Origin: Octopus sinensis
Taxonomy: Eukaryota
Length of the DNA stretch: 64,000 nt
Direction: 5' to 3'
NCBI RefSeq assembly: GCF_006345805.1
Contig: NC_043006.1
Location: 1,736,001 to 1,800,000 of the forward strand
Made by a program: the position numbers and the translations under genes. The notes under the pieces are model-generated. The model had not been told where the DNA came from, did not search any database, and was given only the letters and a program-made list of their open reading frames with translations. Position 1 is the first letter of the stretch. Every line of letters starts with the position of its first letter. Below, in pieces: positions 63,330 to 64,000 of this stretch.

Positions 63330-64000
63330 GTATAAACAGCAATGATTTACTCTTTTACTTCTGTAATAGGTGGCTAACAGTTGGCGCTAAATCCGATAAT
63401 TGGCTGTAGATCTAACTGTGGGTGTTATCTCTAAAAATGGCTCTTAGATCTTCCCTATCTCTGTCTCTATTAACAATAAACGGCTGTAACTCAAATAGAA
63501 ACTATCTTGAGTCCTGCTCATTTTTTTTTAATCCCATGCTGGCAGAGAGACTAACCCATCCCACCACTGTGTCCCCTTACACAACTCACCCCACTACCAC
63601 TTAATTCCCTCCCCTCTTACTTCATCCTTACCTTTAACTTTACTCTTCCCTTTCCGCTTTGTCTCTTTTACTCCTACCCTAAAACTGTTCCCTCTGTTAT
63701 TCTCTCCTCCACCATCCTCTCACAATATAATTCCTTCCAGCATGACGTTGTACTTTCACTTTGCCAACTGCAAAGCAACCCTTACACTGATGTCACAAAT
63801 TCCCCTAAAATGCACCTCTGTAAGTAATTGGTAATCGATTCAAGTAGCAGCAATGCAGACCTTAAGAGAGGTCGTTAGTTTTGCTTTGGCAGCAACACCT
63901 CTATAGCATCAGTGCCACAATAACGTGGCGAGCTGGCAGAAAGGTTAGCACGCCGGGTGAAATGCTTTGCGGTATTTTGTTTGCCATTATGTTCTGAGTT

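Overview
Eukaryotic, repeat-saturated genomic DNA, most likely Octopus. This assignment is inferred from the SINE and RTE families and the dense (TA)n/(CAT)n microsatellites, not from a database search. One host gene is clear: SMC6 on the + strand. Ten coding exons from 30132 to 63329 give 412 codons of continuous frame (N-terminal ATPase head with Walker A GRNGSGKS, then coiled coil), and the gene runs off the window end. A CpG-richer island at about 11.4-13.45 kb looks like a bidirectional promoter. It holds a candidate non-coding SMC6 exon 1 and a divergent, apparently spliced minus-strand transcript. The rest is transposon-derived: an RT-deleted Gypsy LTR element, RTE LINEs (one with an uninterrupted 505-aa RT ORF), CR1, R4-like and Penelope-like (PLE) fragments, DD37D and DD34D Tc1/mariner relics, non-autonomous Helitrons, piggyBac-like ends and many tRNA-derived SINEs. 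The most unusual signals are (1) hammerhead-ribozyme cores in PLE remnants, one enclosed by a 105/106-bp inverted repeat; (2) two blocks of three stacked LTR-end/tRNA-Trp primer-binding-site units flanking the Gypsy element; (3) SINE-internal microsatellites repeatedly used as landing pads for nested insertions; and (4) several long near-perfect hairpins in the putative SMC6 pre-mRNA. No prokaryotic system or CRISPR array is present. Repeat coordinates are approximate; exon coordinates were read from splice sites by eye.
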